A stretch of DNA of 64,000 nt from an uncultured bacterium (GTDB lineage: Bacteria > Krumholzibacteriota > Krumholzibacteriia > JACNKJ01), in contig CAVOFT010000001.1 in assembly GCA_963695095.1 (NCBI GenBank), forward strand, positions 928,001-992,000, given 5' to 3'. This document shows positions 24,114-37,049 of the stretch, piece by piece. The position numbers were made by a program, and so were the translations under genes. The notes beneath the pieces were generated by a model. That model saw nothing but the letters and a program-made list of their open reading frames with translations, was not told the DNA's origin and searched no databases. Numbering within the stretch: the stretch's first letter is position 1; every line of letters begins with the position of its first letter.

Positions 24114-25106
24114 ATGTCCAAGGCGGAGAAACCGACGCGATCGCGCAACCGGGGCGGCCACGGGGGCGGCCATGGCGGCGGCGGCCATCACGGCGGCGCC
24201 TGGAAGGTGGCCTACGCCGACTTCACCACGGCGATGATGGCCTTCTTCATGCTGCTGTGGATTCTCGCCGCGAGCTCGCCCAAGCAGAAGCAGGCCATCG
24301 CCCAGTACTTCCGCAGCGACGGCGCCTTCCAGGACGGAGGCTCGCTGACGCCCGGCGACATGGACGGCGGTCCCTCCTTCCTCGAGATGTCCCCGGCCAG
24401 CACGATCCTGGCGGAGACCAGCGCGCTCGAGCAGGTGGCCCAGCAGCTCAAGGCAGCGCTGGAGGGCGACGGCGGCGAGGACGCGGGCGAGGGTGCCGGC
24501 GAGGGCGGCAGTCCAGGCCTGAAGGACCAGGTGAAGATCAGCGTCAGCGACGAGGGCTTGATCATCGAGATCGCCGACGATCCGCAGGACGAGCTCTTCC
24601 CCGTGGGCAAGGCCGACATGAACGCGGGCTTCGGCGAGGCCCTGGACGCCGTGGCCGCGCAGCTGAAGACCCTGCCCAACTCAGTGCGGCTGGAGGGTTA
24701 CACGGACGCCCGCCAGTATCCGGAAGGGGCCCCCTACACCAACTGGGAGCTGTCCGTGGATCGAGCCAACGCCGCGCGGCGGCGGCTGGAGACCCACGGC
24801 CTGGCTCGCGCGCGCTTCCAGAGCGTGGTGGGCTATGGCGACGGCCGCCTGGCGGTGCCCGACGCGCCGCTGGCGCCCGGCAACCGGCGCATCACGATCA
24901 CGGTGCTCCGTCAGAACCCGGTGCCGCACGAGGGGGGTGGCGTGATCGAATCGCCCGTGCAGGGCTTCCGCCCCCTGGGCGAGCCCTACGTGCCCGAGCA
25001 AGCCCGGCAGGCGGCCCAGCCCGGCAGGCCGGCCGCCGGCGATCCGGCGCCCAACGGGCAGGCGCCCGTCAAGCCGGCGCCCGCGCCCGCGGGCCACGGG
25101 CACTAG
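24114..25106 (+). CDS. motB: Flagellar motor stator protein MotB
   Basis: HHGGAWKVAYADFTTAMMAFF, then OmpA-like domain EGYTD..NWELS.DRAN..NRRI. Confidence 0.92.
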   Translation: MSKAEKPTRSRNRGGHGGGHGGGGHHGGAWKVAYADFTTAMMAFFMLLWILAASSPKQKQAIAQYFRSDGAFQDGGSLTPGDMDGGPSFLEMSPASTILAETSALEQVAQQLKAALEGDGGEDAGEGAGEGGSPGLKDQVKISVSDEGLIIEIADDPQDELFPVGKADMNAGFGEALDAVAAQLKTLPNSVRLEGYTDARQYPEGAPYTNWELSVDRANAARRRLETHGLARARFQSVVGYGDGRLAVPDAPLAPGNRRITITVLRQNPVPHEGGGVIESPVQGFRPLGEPYVPEQARQAAQPGRPAAGDPAPNGQAPVKPAPAPAGHGH

Positions 25107-25273
25107 GCGCGCGCCCGGGCCGGCGGCCTGCGTTCGCGACGCTGGCCGAGGCGGAGTGTACACGTGTACAAAGCGAGCCGCCCTGCGAGGTCGCGATCTA
25201 CCGCTGCCAGGCCTGCGGCGCGGTCCGCCTCTCCGGCGGTCGCACCCCGAGCTTCGCCCCCTAGCGGATAAGG

Positions 25274-25882
25274 CTAGCTGAAGTCCAGCTCGATCCGCTC
25301 CAGCTTCATCAGCGCGTGCTCCGCGAGCCGCCGCCGGGCGGCGATGACGGCGTCGACGGCGCCCGTCAGCACGCCCTCCGCCTTCAGCTCGTACTCGTGC
25401 GCCGGCGAGTAGGCCTCGACGCCGGCCGCCTCCTTGTCCACCCGCTCCGTCTCGCTGTAGTCCGCTACCGCTGCCCCCGTGGGCAGGGCCGCCAGCAGGC
25501 CGCGCAGCTCCTGGGCGTGGCCGCGCGTGAAGGCATGGCAGGAGAAGGCGCAGCGGCCGCCGCGCAGGGGCTTGACGGCCACCACGCGCAGCTCGGCCTC
25601 GGCCTCCAGCCTGGGCGCGGCGGCCTGGACGCGCGCGGCCAGGGCCGCGCTCACGACGAGATGGATCAGCCGGCCCTTGCCGCCGATCAGCTCGCGCAGG
25701 TGGGCGCCGAGGGAGCCCTCGGCCAGCTCGTCCTCCAGGCCGATCAACTCGCGCTCGGCGCCGCCGGCGCCGATCTGCAGGCCGACGATGAGGCCGCGGC
25801 AGACCTCGTCATCGCCGGCGAGCACCAACTCGCAGTACGAGGTGGGCGATGCTGCGGGTGGGGCGGGCTCGCGCGGGGTCAT
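25274..25882 (-). CDS. Hypothetical protein
   Basis: 202 aa ORF with AGGAGG RBS, directly downstream of the antiporter gene. Confidence 0.6.
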   Translation of the reverse strand: MTPREPAPPAASPTSYCELVLAGDDEVCRGLIVGLQIGAGGAERELIGLEDELAEGSLGAHLRELIGGKGRLIHLVVSAALAARVQAAAPRLEAEAELRVVAVKPLRGGRCAFSCHAFTRGHAQELRGLLAALPTGAAVADYSETERVDKEAAGVEAYSPAHEYELKAEGVLTGAVDAVIAARRRLAEHALMKLERIELDFS

Positions 25883-25893
25883 GGCGATGCCTC

Positions 25894-27280
25894 CTAGCGG
25901 AAGAAGATCAGCGAGACGAGGATGAAGACCGGGATCAGGAAGGGAATCGTGTAGCGCAGGATGTAGCCGAAGAAGCTGGGCATCGGCACGCCCGCCTCCT
26001 CGGCGATGGACTTGATCATGAAGTTGGGCGCGTTGCCGATGTAGCTGTTGGCGCCCATGAAGACCGCGCCGGCCGAGATCGCGGTGAGGTAGGCGATGAA
26101 GGTCTCGTCGCGGGCGGCCGCGCCGGCATAGCCCAGCAGGCCGGGCACGGCGCTCTCGCTCTGCCCGAGGCTGCCCAGGGCCGTGTTGAAGAAGGTGAGG
26201 TAGGTGGGCGCGTTGTCCAGGAAGCTGGACAGGCTGCCCGTGGCCCAGAAGTAGTGGGCGGGCTCGCGCACGGCGCGGATCAGCCCGGCCAGGGCGCCGT
26301 GCTCGCCGGCCTGGAGGATGGCGAGGGCCGGAATGATCGTCACGAAGATGCCCGCGAAGAGGTAGGCTACCTCCTTGATGGGCCCCCAGGTGAAGCCATT
26401 CTGGGCGCGGATCGCCCGCCGCGTGGTGATCAGCGAGAGCACGCCCATCAGGATCAGGAAGGCGTCGCGCACCCAGTTCTGCAGGTCCACGGCGACGTGG
26501 CCGTAGACATGCACCTGGCTCAGCTTCACGTAGCCCGAGAAGATGACGCCGCCCATCACGCCGAGCAGAAAGAGCAGATTATAGGGCGCCTTCCACGTGC
26601 AGGCCGCGCTCGCCGGGCTGGGCGACGGGGCGCTCCGTCTCGCGGGCGTAGTGCCAGCGGTCGAGCAGGAAGAACACCACGAGCAACACCAGCGCCGCGA
26701 AGCCGCTGAGGGCGAGCAGGCCCTTGGTCACCCAGAAGAAGGGCACGCCGTGCAGGAAGCCCAGGAAGAGCGGCGGATCCCCCAGAGGCGTGAGCGAGCC
26801 GCCGATGTTGCCGATCAGGAAGATGAAGAAGACGATCACATGCACCTGCTGCCGCCGCCAGGCGTTGGCGCGCAGCATGGGCCGGATCAGCACCATCGAA
26901 GCCCCGGTGGTGCCGATCCAGGACGCGAGCAGGGTGCCGATGAGCAGCATCAGCGCGTTGACGGCCGGCGTGCCGCGCAGGGCGCCGCCCACGTAGATGC
27001 CGCCGGCGATGGTGAAGAGCGCCCAGAGCAGGATGATGAAGGGCACGTAGTCGATGAGCGCGATGTGGATGAGCGACTGCAGGGCCTCGCTCCGGAAGGC
27101 GATCAGGAAGGGCACGGCGAGCAGCACCGCCCAGGCCGCGGAGATCTTCGGGTAGTGCCGGTGCCAGAAGTGGGGCGCGAGCAGGGGGAAGAGCGCGATC
27201 GAGAGCAGGATGCCCGCGAAGGGCAAGGTGCTCCAGAGCGGCAGCAGTTCGCCGAGGGCGGGCGGGTGGTGGGCGGGCAT
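25894..27280 (-). CDS. Putative Na+/H+ antiporter (DUF1646/IT superfamily; frameshift near 26585)
   Basis: LLSIALFPL, ASWIGTTGASM, NIGGSLTPLGDPPLFLGFL, LSSFLDNAPTY, YIGNAPNFM, MPSFFGY. Confidence 0.85.
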
Positions 27281-27576
27281 CGCGGCTTCCTCCTCGTCGA
27301 TCCAGCGCCGGCGGGCGCTGCCGACGGCCGGCAAGGTAGAGCATCGCGGGAGGGCGGTCAACAGCGCCTCGCGCCTCGCGCGCCGAGGCCCGCGGCGGCC
27401 TCTGGCGCGGCTCCCCGGCGAGCGACTCCGCGGGCGGATCTCGTATCGACATCTCGGGTTGCTTCTGTTATAGAATCTCGGGCTCCGTCCCGGCCACCGG
27501 GTCGGGCGCGGGTGCCCTTGTGCCCGGCAATCGCTTCGCTCACAAGTTCTCGTCCGTCTTTCGCTGGAGGGTCGTG

Positions 27577-30078
<2,502 letters not shown>

Positions 30079-30143
30079 CGGCTTCGGGGCGAGGGCGGCG
30101 CGCGCGCGCCGCCCTCGGCGCCCGGCGGGAGGCGCGCACGCCG

Positions 30144-31016
30144 ATGACTTCCCTCGACAAGGGCTTGCTCGTCTCCAGGTTGGCGATCCTCGTCAACGCC
30201 TTGCTCGCCGCGGGCAAGGTCTTCACGGGCATCGTCGGCAACTCCTACGCGCTGGTCGCCGACGGCATCGAGTCCACGGCGGACATCTTCAGCTCCGCCG
30301 TCGTCTGGGGCGGCCTGCGCCTGGCGGCCAAGCCGCCCGACAGCGACCACCCCTACGGCCACGGCAAGGCCGAGTCGATCGCCGGCCTGATCGTCGGCGT
30401 GGGCCTGCTCGGCGCCGCCGTGCTGATCGCGGTGCAGAGCATCGGCGAGATCCGCGAGCCCCACCTGGCGCCGGCCTGGTACACGCTGGTCGTGCTGGCG
30501 GGCGTGATCCTGATCAAGGAGACGCTCTACAGGCGCGTGATCCGCGTGGGCGACTCGCTGCAGAGCACGGCGCTCAAGGGCGACGCCTGGCACCACCGCT
30601 CGGACGCGCTGACCTCGGGCGCCGCCTTCATTGGCATCTCGATCGCGCTCATCGGCGGGCCCCGCTTCAACGGCGCCGACGACTGGGCGGCCCTGATCGC
30701 CTGCGGCATCATCGTCTTCAACGGCGTGCGTATCTTCCGCGCGGCGCTGGACGAGCTGATGGACGCGGCCGTGGCGCCCGCCATCGTCGAGCAGATCCGC
30801 GCGCTGGCCGGCAGCGTGGAGGGCGTGCGGGCCATCGAGAAGTGCCGCGTGCGCAAGAGCGGGCCCAGCCTGGCCCTGGACATCCACGTCCACGTGCCCG
30901 CCGAGATGAGCGTGCGCGAGAGCCACCGCATCGCCCACCGCGTGCAGGACGCCCTGCTCGCCTCGCCGCACCGCATCAGCGACGCCACCGTGCACATCGA
31001 GCCGGACGTCGACTAA
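30144..31016 (+). CDS. Cation diffusion facilitator (FieF-like)
   Basis: ALVADGIES.AD, KPPD.DHPYGHGKAE, DAWHHRSD, C-terminal HIEP. Confidence 0.9.
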   Translation: MTSLDKGLLVSRLAILVNALLAAGKVFTGIVGNSYALVADGIESTADIFSSAVVWGGLRLAAKPPDSDHPYGHGKAESIAGLIVGVGLLGAAVLIAVQSIGEIREPHLAPAWYTLVVLAGVILIKETLYRRVIRVGDSLQSTALKGDAWHHRSDALTSGAAFIGISIALIGGPRFNGADDWAALIACGIIVFNGVRIFRAALDELMDAAVAPAIVEQIRALAGSVEGVRAIEKCRVRKSGPSLALDIHVHVPAEMSVRESHRIAHRVQDALLASPHRISDATVHIEPDVD

Positions 31017-31020
31017 ACGA

Positions 31021-31050
31021 AGCGCCCGGATCCTCGCGGACCCGGGCGCT
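31021..31050. terminator. Hairpin between convergent genes
   Basis: AGCGCCCGG...CCGGGCGCT inverted repeat. Confidence 0.5.
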
Positions 31051-31078
31051 AGTTCGGAAGCGAATCGTCGGCGAGACG

Positions 31079-32197
31079 CTAGCGGAGCATCGTCAGCTTG
31101 CGCTCCTCGGCCGGGCGGCCGCCCTGCAGCAGGCGGGCCAGGTAGATGCCGCTGGGCAGTGCATGCCCCGCCTCATCCCGGCCGTCCCAGTCCAGGCTCT
31201 GCTGCCCGGCAGGGAGCTCGCCCGCAGCGAGCCGCCGCAGGAGCCGGCCGCGCATGTCGTAGATGGCCAGATCCACGCGGGCGGGTGCCTCGAGCGCGAA
31301 GCGCAGCGTGGTCTTCGGGTTGAAGGGGTTCGGGAAGGCGGCCAGCGGCGCCGCCGCCGACGGCGTGGGCCCGCTCAGGCGGCCCTGGGCCGGGCCGAGA
31401 TAGCGGCCGATCTCGCCGTTGTCGTCCAGCATGGCCAGCCAGTACCAGTAGTCGCGGCCGGCCACGGCGCCGTAGTCGTCGTAGCGGTAGTCGCCGGGGC
31501 CTTCCAGCACCTGCCCCGTGAGCGGCACCGAGGCCAGCGGGTTGGCGCTCTCGCCCCGCTGCAGGCGGAAGGTCTCGGTCTCGCCCTGCAGCTCCAGCTC
31601 CCAGCGCAGGGCGATGTGGTCGCCCGCGTCCAGGGCGATGAAGCTGGCCAGGGTGAGCGGCGTCTCGCCGAAGCTCAGCTCGGGGCCGTTCTCCAGGTAG
31701 CCGCCGAGCGCATGGCCGCTGCTGCCGACGCTGCGGCCGAACCAGCCATTGGGATCCGTGTCCACCTGGCCGTTGCTCTGGGCGGTGATGTCGAACTCGA
31801 GCGTGAGCGTGATGCCGGCCGGCACGATCAGGTCCGGCGAGCCGTCGGGGTCGCCGAAGACGAAGCGGTGGGGGCGCAGGCCCGGCTCGATCTCGCCCGT
31901 CGTGCCCGCCTGGTAGCTGTGCTGCACGTCCTCGGTGCCCACGCGGGCGCTCACGTTGGAGACCGTCACCCAGCTCGGATACTGCTCCGAGACGAAGAGC
32001 CCGCCCAAGGGCAGGCCGTTCGTGGGGCGCAAGGTCCAGGTGACGCGGCAGGGCTGGCCCACGGGGATGTGGTAGTCGGCGTCCGCGAAGGCACGGGTGA
32101 CCGCCACCTCGCCGGCCTGGGGCCACTGGGCAGCCAGCGCCGGGGGCGCGAAGAGGGCCAGTATGAACAAGGCGGTCAGGATTCTGCGCAGGGCCAT
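31079..32197 (-). CDS. Secreted protein with FlgD-Ig / T9SS-type-A-like C-terminal domain
   Basis: Signal peptide, PLTLASF.A..I.L.W linker, FPNPFNP.T.L.F...V.LAIYD.RGR..R.L...WDG.D..G..LPSGIY. Confidence 0.8.
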   Translation of the reverse strand: MALRRILTALFILALFAPPALAAQWPQAGEVAVTRAFADADYHIPVGQPCRVTWTLRPTNGLPLGGLFVSEQYPSWVTVSNVSARVGTEDVQHSYQAGTTGEIEPGLRPHRFVFGDPDGSPDLIVPAGITLTLEFDITAQSNGQVDTDPNGWFGRSVGSSGHALGGYLENGPELSFGETPLTLASFIALDAGDHIALRWELELQGETETFRLQRGESANPLASVPLTGQVLEGPGDYRYDDYGAVAGRDYWYWLAMLDDNGEIGRYLGPAQGRLSGPTPSAAAPLAAFPNPFNPKTTLRFALEAPARVDLAIYDMRGRLLRRLAAGELPAGQQSLDWDGRDEAGHALPSGIYLARLLQGGRPAEERKLTMLR

Positions 32198-32463
32198 GAC
32201 GCTCCTTTATCCCGTGATGATCGCGACGCTGATGCGATGCGGGGCAGGCGTCCAGTGGCGGCAGGCGAGGCGCCGGCGGCCACTGACGGCCTCCTCCCAG
32301 CACCTCCCCCAACGACAGGGAGCAAAGGGTGGACCACGATCCCCGGAATTGCAAGGCTTCATGTGCCCGCTTGGGGCCGTGAAGGGCGCTTTGAGGCGGC
32401 GGCGGGCCTGTGCTAAGCTGCCGCCCGGCCACGGGAAAGCCGACCCCGCGGTCCGGAGGCCCC

Positions 32464-34950
32464 ATGCCCGAAAAGCCCGTTCGCCATCGCCTTGCCCCCG
32501 AGCGGCTGCGCTGGACCTGCGATCCGGCCGACCTGCCCAAGGTGGGCGACGGCGCCCGCGCCTCCCTGGAGATCATCGGCCAGGACCGCGCTCTCGACGC
32601 CCTGCGCATGGGCCTGGAGATCCGCCGGCCGGGCTACCACATCTTCGTGACGGGCACGGAGGGCACGGGCCGCACCACCACCATCCGCCGCGTGCTCGCC
32701 GATCATCGGCGCCGCGGCGAGCTGCCCTGCGACCTCTGCTACGTGCACAACTTCCAGGTGGCCGAGCAGCCCCTGCTGCTGAGCTTTCCGGCCGGCGTCG
32801 GCTGCGACTTCAAGTCCCGCATCGAGCGCATGACGAGCAGTCTGCGCCGCCACATCCCGCAGCTCTATCGCGGCGAGAACTTCCAGAAGAAGATGGCCGC
32901 CGTCGAGCGCCGCTACAGCAAGGCCCAGAGCGACGGCGTGCAGGCCTTCGCCGAGCGGGCCCGACGCAGCGGCTTCAACCTGGTGGAAGTGCAGAGCGGG
33001 CCCTACATCCGGCCCGAGCTGCACGCCCGCGTCGGCGAGGAGGAGTACGACGTCGCCGAGCTGGGCCAGCTCGTGGAGGAGGGCCGCCTCGAGGCCCGCG
33101 CGGCCGCGCGCCTGGAGCGGCGCTACCACGTGCTCTCCAACGAGCTGCGCGCGCTGGTCCGCGCCAACTCCCGCCTGGACGAGGCCTTCCGCGAGGAGCG
33201 CGGCAACCTGGCCCAGGCGGTGATCCTCCCCCTCATCCACGACACCGTCGAGCTGCTCAAGACGCGCTTCGACGACCCCGCCGTGCACGCCTACCTCGAG
33301 CGGCTCGAGCAGGCCCTGGTGGGCGCGCCCTGGCTGCCCCGCGAAGCGAGCGGCGACGAGGACGACGACGAGGAGGCCGAGGACCGCGAGCAGAGCTTCG
33401 CCCGCTTCGGCGTCAATCTGCTCGTGGACAACGGCGAGCGACAGGAGGCGCCGGTCATCATCGAGACGGCGCCGACCTTCCAGAATCTCTTCGGCAACAT
33501 CGAGCCCGCCTTCTCCAGCCGCGGCGTGCCCAGCTTCGACTACCGCCAGATCAAGGCCGGCTCCCTGGTGCGCGCCCAGGGTGGCACCCTGGTGATCATG
33601 GCCCAGGACCTGCTGGAGGAGCCCCTGGTCTGGCCCACGCTCAAGCGCGGGCTGCGCAACCGCAAGCTCGAGATCCAGGCCTACGACCCGCAGAACCGCA
33701 TGGTGGTGGGCCCGCTCAAGCCCCAGCCCATCGATCTCGACCTCAAGGTGATCCTGGTCGGCGACTCGCGGCTCTACAACGCGCTGCTGCAGGGCGACCC
33801 CGACCTGCAGCGCGTCTTCCGCATCAAGGTGGACTTCGAGACCGACATGCCGCGCAACCGCGGCAACATGCGTCGCTATCTCAATTTCATCGACAAGGTC
33901 TGCCAGCAGGACGAGCTGCTCACGCTCACGCCCCGGGCCCGCGCCGGCGTGCTCGAGCAGGGCGCGCGTCTGGCCGGGCGGCAGGACCGCCTCTCGACGC
34001 GCTTCAGCAGCATCGTCGACCTGCTCATCGAGAGCGACTACTTCGCCCGCCGCGACGGCGCGCGCCTGGTGCACGTCGAGCACGTGGACCGCGCCCTGGC
34101 CGAGCGGGACCGCCGCCTGGGCACGCTGGAGGAGCAGTTCCACAAGATGGTGCGCGACGGCGGCCTGATGATCAGCACCAAGGGCAGCGCCGTGGGCCAG
34201 GTGAACGGCCTCTTCTTCGTGGAGCACTGGGACTACGCCTTCGGCCAGCCCGTGCGCATCACGGCGAGCTGCTCGCTCGGCGAGGGGGACATCCTCAGCA
34301 TCGAACGCGAAGTCGAGATGAGCGGCGCCTCCTTCGACAAGGGCCACATGACCCTCGAGGGCTTCCTGCGCCAGCGCTTCGCCCATGACAAGCCGCTTCG
34401 CCTGCACGCGACGCTCTCCTGTGAGCAGAATTACATGGGCATCGACGGCGACAGCGCCAGCGTCTCGGAGATCTTCGCCCTCATGAGCGCGCTGGCGGGG
34501 CTGCCCCTCAGCCAGTCCCTGGCCGTGACCGGCTCCGTCAACCAGTTCGGCGAGGTGCAGCCGGTGGGCGGCGTCATCCAGAAGGTGGAGGGCTTCTTCA
34601 AGATCTGCCGCGAGCGGGGGCTCAGCGGCGAGCAGGGCGTGATCATCCCGGCGGCGAACGCGAAGGATCTCATGCTGGACAAGGAGATCGTCGCCGCCGC
34701 CCGCGCCGGGAAGTGGCACATCTACGCGATCCGCACCGTCGACGAGGGCCTGGAGCTGCTGACCGGCGTGCCGGCGGGCAAGCGGCGGGCGAATGGCAGC
34801 TGGCCCACCGACAGCGTGAACGGGCGCGTCGATGCGCGCCTGCTCGAGATGGCGCTCACCTTACAGCATTTCAGCGACGACGCGCCCGGGGCGGCGCCCG
34901 TCCAGCCGCCGGAGGAGCGGCCGCGGCGGGCCGCGCGCAGCCCGCGCTAG
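32464..34950 (+). CDS. LonC-like (AAA_32 + Lon_C) protease
   Basis: IIGQDRA, degenerate Walker A GTEGTGRTT, VGQVNGL, IEREV.MSG, DGDSAS catalytic Ser, GGV.QKVEGF catalytic Lys. Confidence 0.88.
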   Translation: MPEKPVRHRLAPERLRWTCDPADLPKVGDGARASLEIIGQDRALDALRMGLEIRRPGYHIFVTGTEGTGRTTTIRRVLADHRRRGELPCDLCYVHNFQVAEQPLLLSFPAGVGCDFKSRIERMTSSLRRHIPQLYRGENFQKKMAAVERRYSKAQSDGVQAFAERARRSGFNLVEVQSGPYIRPELHARVGEEEYDVAELGQLVEEGRLEARAAARLERRYHVLSNELRALVRANSRLDEAFREERGNLAQAVILPLIHDTVELLKTRFDDPAVHAYLERLEQALVGAPWLPREASGDEDDDEEAEDREQSFARFGVNLLVDNGERQEAPVIIETAPTFQNLFGNIEPAFSSRGVPSFDYRQIKAGSLVRAQGGTLVIMAQDLLEEPLVWPTLKRGLRNRKLEIQAYDPQNRMVVGPLKPQPIDLDLKVILVGDSRLYNALLQGDPDLQRVFRIKVDFETDMPRNRGNMRRYLNFIDKVCQQDELLTLTPRARAGVLEQGARLAGRQDRLSTRFSSIVDLLIESDYFARRDGARLVHVEHVDRALAERDRRLGTLEEQFHKMVRDGGLMISTKGSAVGQVNGLFFVEHWDYAFGQPVRITASCSLGEGDILSIEREVEMSGASFDKGHMTLEGFLRQRFAHDKPLRLHATLSCEQNYMGIDGDSASVSEIFALMSALAGLPLSQSLAVTGSVNQFGEVQPVGGVIQKVEGFFKICRERGLSGEQGVIIPAANAKDLMLDKEIVAAARAGKWHIYAIRTVDEGLELLTGVPAGKRRANGSWPTDSVNGRVDARLLEMALTLQHFSDDAPGAAPVQPPEERPRRAARSPR

Positions 34951-34959
34951 AGGAGGAAC

Positions 34960-36066
<1,107 letters not shown>

Positions 36067-36083
36067 GCGCGGCGGGAGCGGGA

Positions 36084-37049
36084 ATGGGCATCCTCCTGGG
36101 CCTCGATGTCGGCGGCACCAACGTGAAGGCCGTGCTTGCCGCCACGGACGGGAGCCGGCGCCGGCGGGCGCGCTGGGCCACGGCCGCCCTCGGCGACTCC
36201 CCGGCGGCGGCCCTGGCCGGCCTGGAGACGCGCATCCGCGCCCTGCTCGCCCGCGAGCATCTGGCGCCCGAGGCCCTCGCCGGCCTCGGCCTGGCCTGCG
36301 CCGGGCTCATCGACGGCGCCAGCGGGCGCCTGCTCGCAGCGCCGAACCTGCGCCGCTGGGAGGGCGCGCCGCTGGGCGACTGGCTGGCCGCGCGCTTCCC
36401 CTGCCCGGTCGCCATCGAGAACGACGTCAATGCCCTGGCTTACGGCGAGTGGCGCCTGGGCGCGGGCCGCGGCGCGCGGCACCTCGTCTGCCTGGCTCTG
36501 GGCACGGGGGTGGGCGGGGGCCTCATCCTCGACGGCGCGCTCTATCGCGGGCAGCGCGGACTGGCCGCGGAGCTGGGCCACATGGTCATCGCGCGCGATG
36601 GCCGGCGCTGCCCCTGCGGCAGTCGCGGCTGCCTGGAGGCTTACGCCGGGGCCCGCGCCATCACGGCGGCCGCGCGGCGCGCCCTGGCCCGCCGTGCGCC
36701 CGGGCACCGCGAGCTGGCCCGGCTGCTCGGCGGGGACGCGCCCGCGCCGCGGGCGCTCCACGCCGCCGCCCGCGCCGGCAGCGGCCTGGCCCGGGAACTG
36801 CTGGCCGAGGCCGGGCGTGCCCTCGGCGTGGGCATCGCCAGTTGCATCAACGCCTTCGCTCCAGACTGCATCGTCGTGGCCGGCGGCGTGGCCGGAGCCG
36901 GCAAGGCCCTGCTCGGCCCGGCGCGCGCCGAGGCCGCCGCACGGCTGATGGACCCCGAGCACCAGCGCCTCGACCTGCGCCTGCGCACCCTCGGCGACGA
37001 CGGCGCCGCCCTCGGCGCCGCCCTGCTGGCGGCGGAGCGAGACGCATGA
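36084..37049 (+). CDS. ROK family sugar kinase (glucokinase-like)
   Basis: GLDVGGT, ENDVNA, GTGVGGG, ELGH, CPCGSRGCLE. Confidence 0.9.
   Translation: MGILLGLDVGGTNVKAVLAATDGSRRRRARWATAALGDSPAAALAGLETRIRALLAREHLAPEALAGLGLACAGLIDGASGRLLAAPNLRRWEGAPLGDWLAARFPCPVAIENDVNALAYGEWRLGAGRGARHLVCLALGTGVGGGLILDGALYRGQRGLAAELGHMVIARDGRRCPCGSRGCLEAYAGARAITAAARRALARRAPGHRELARLLGGDAPAPRALHAAARAGSGLARELLAEAGRALGVGIASCINAFAPDCIVVAGGVAGAGKALLGPARAEAAARLMDPEHQRLDLRLRTLGDDGAALGAALLAAERDA

Noticed and set aside
23226..25106. Zorya (ZorAB) anti-phage system
   Set aside because: MotA is canonical length with no long ZorA tail, MotB has the flagellar WKVAYADF motif, and no zorC, zorD or zorE is present.
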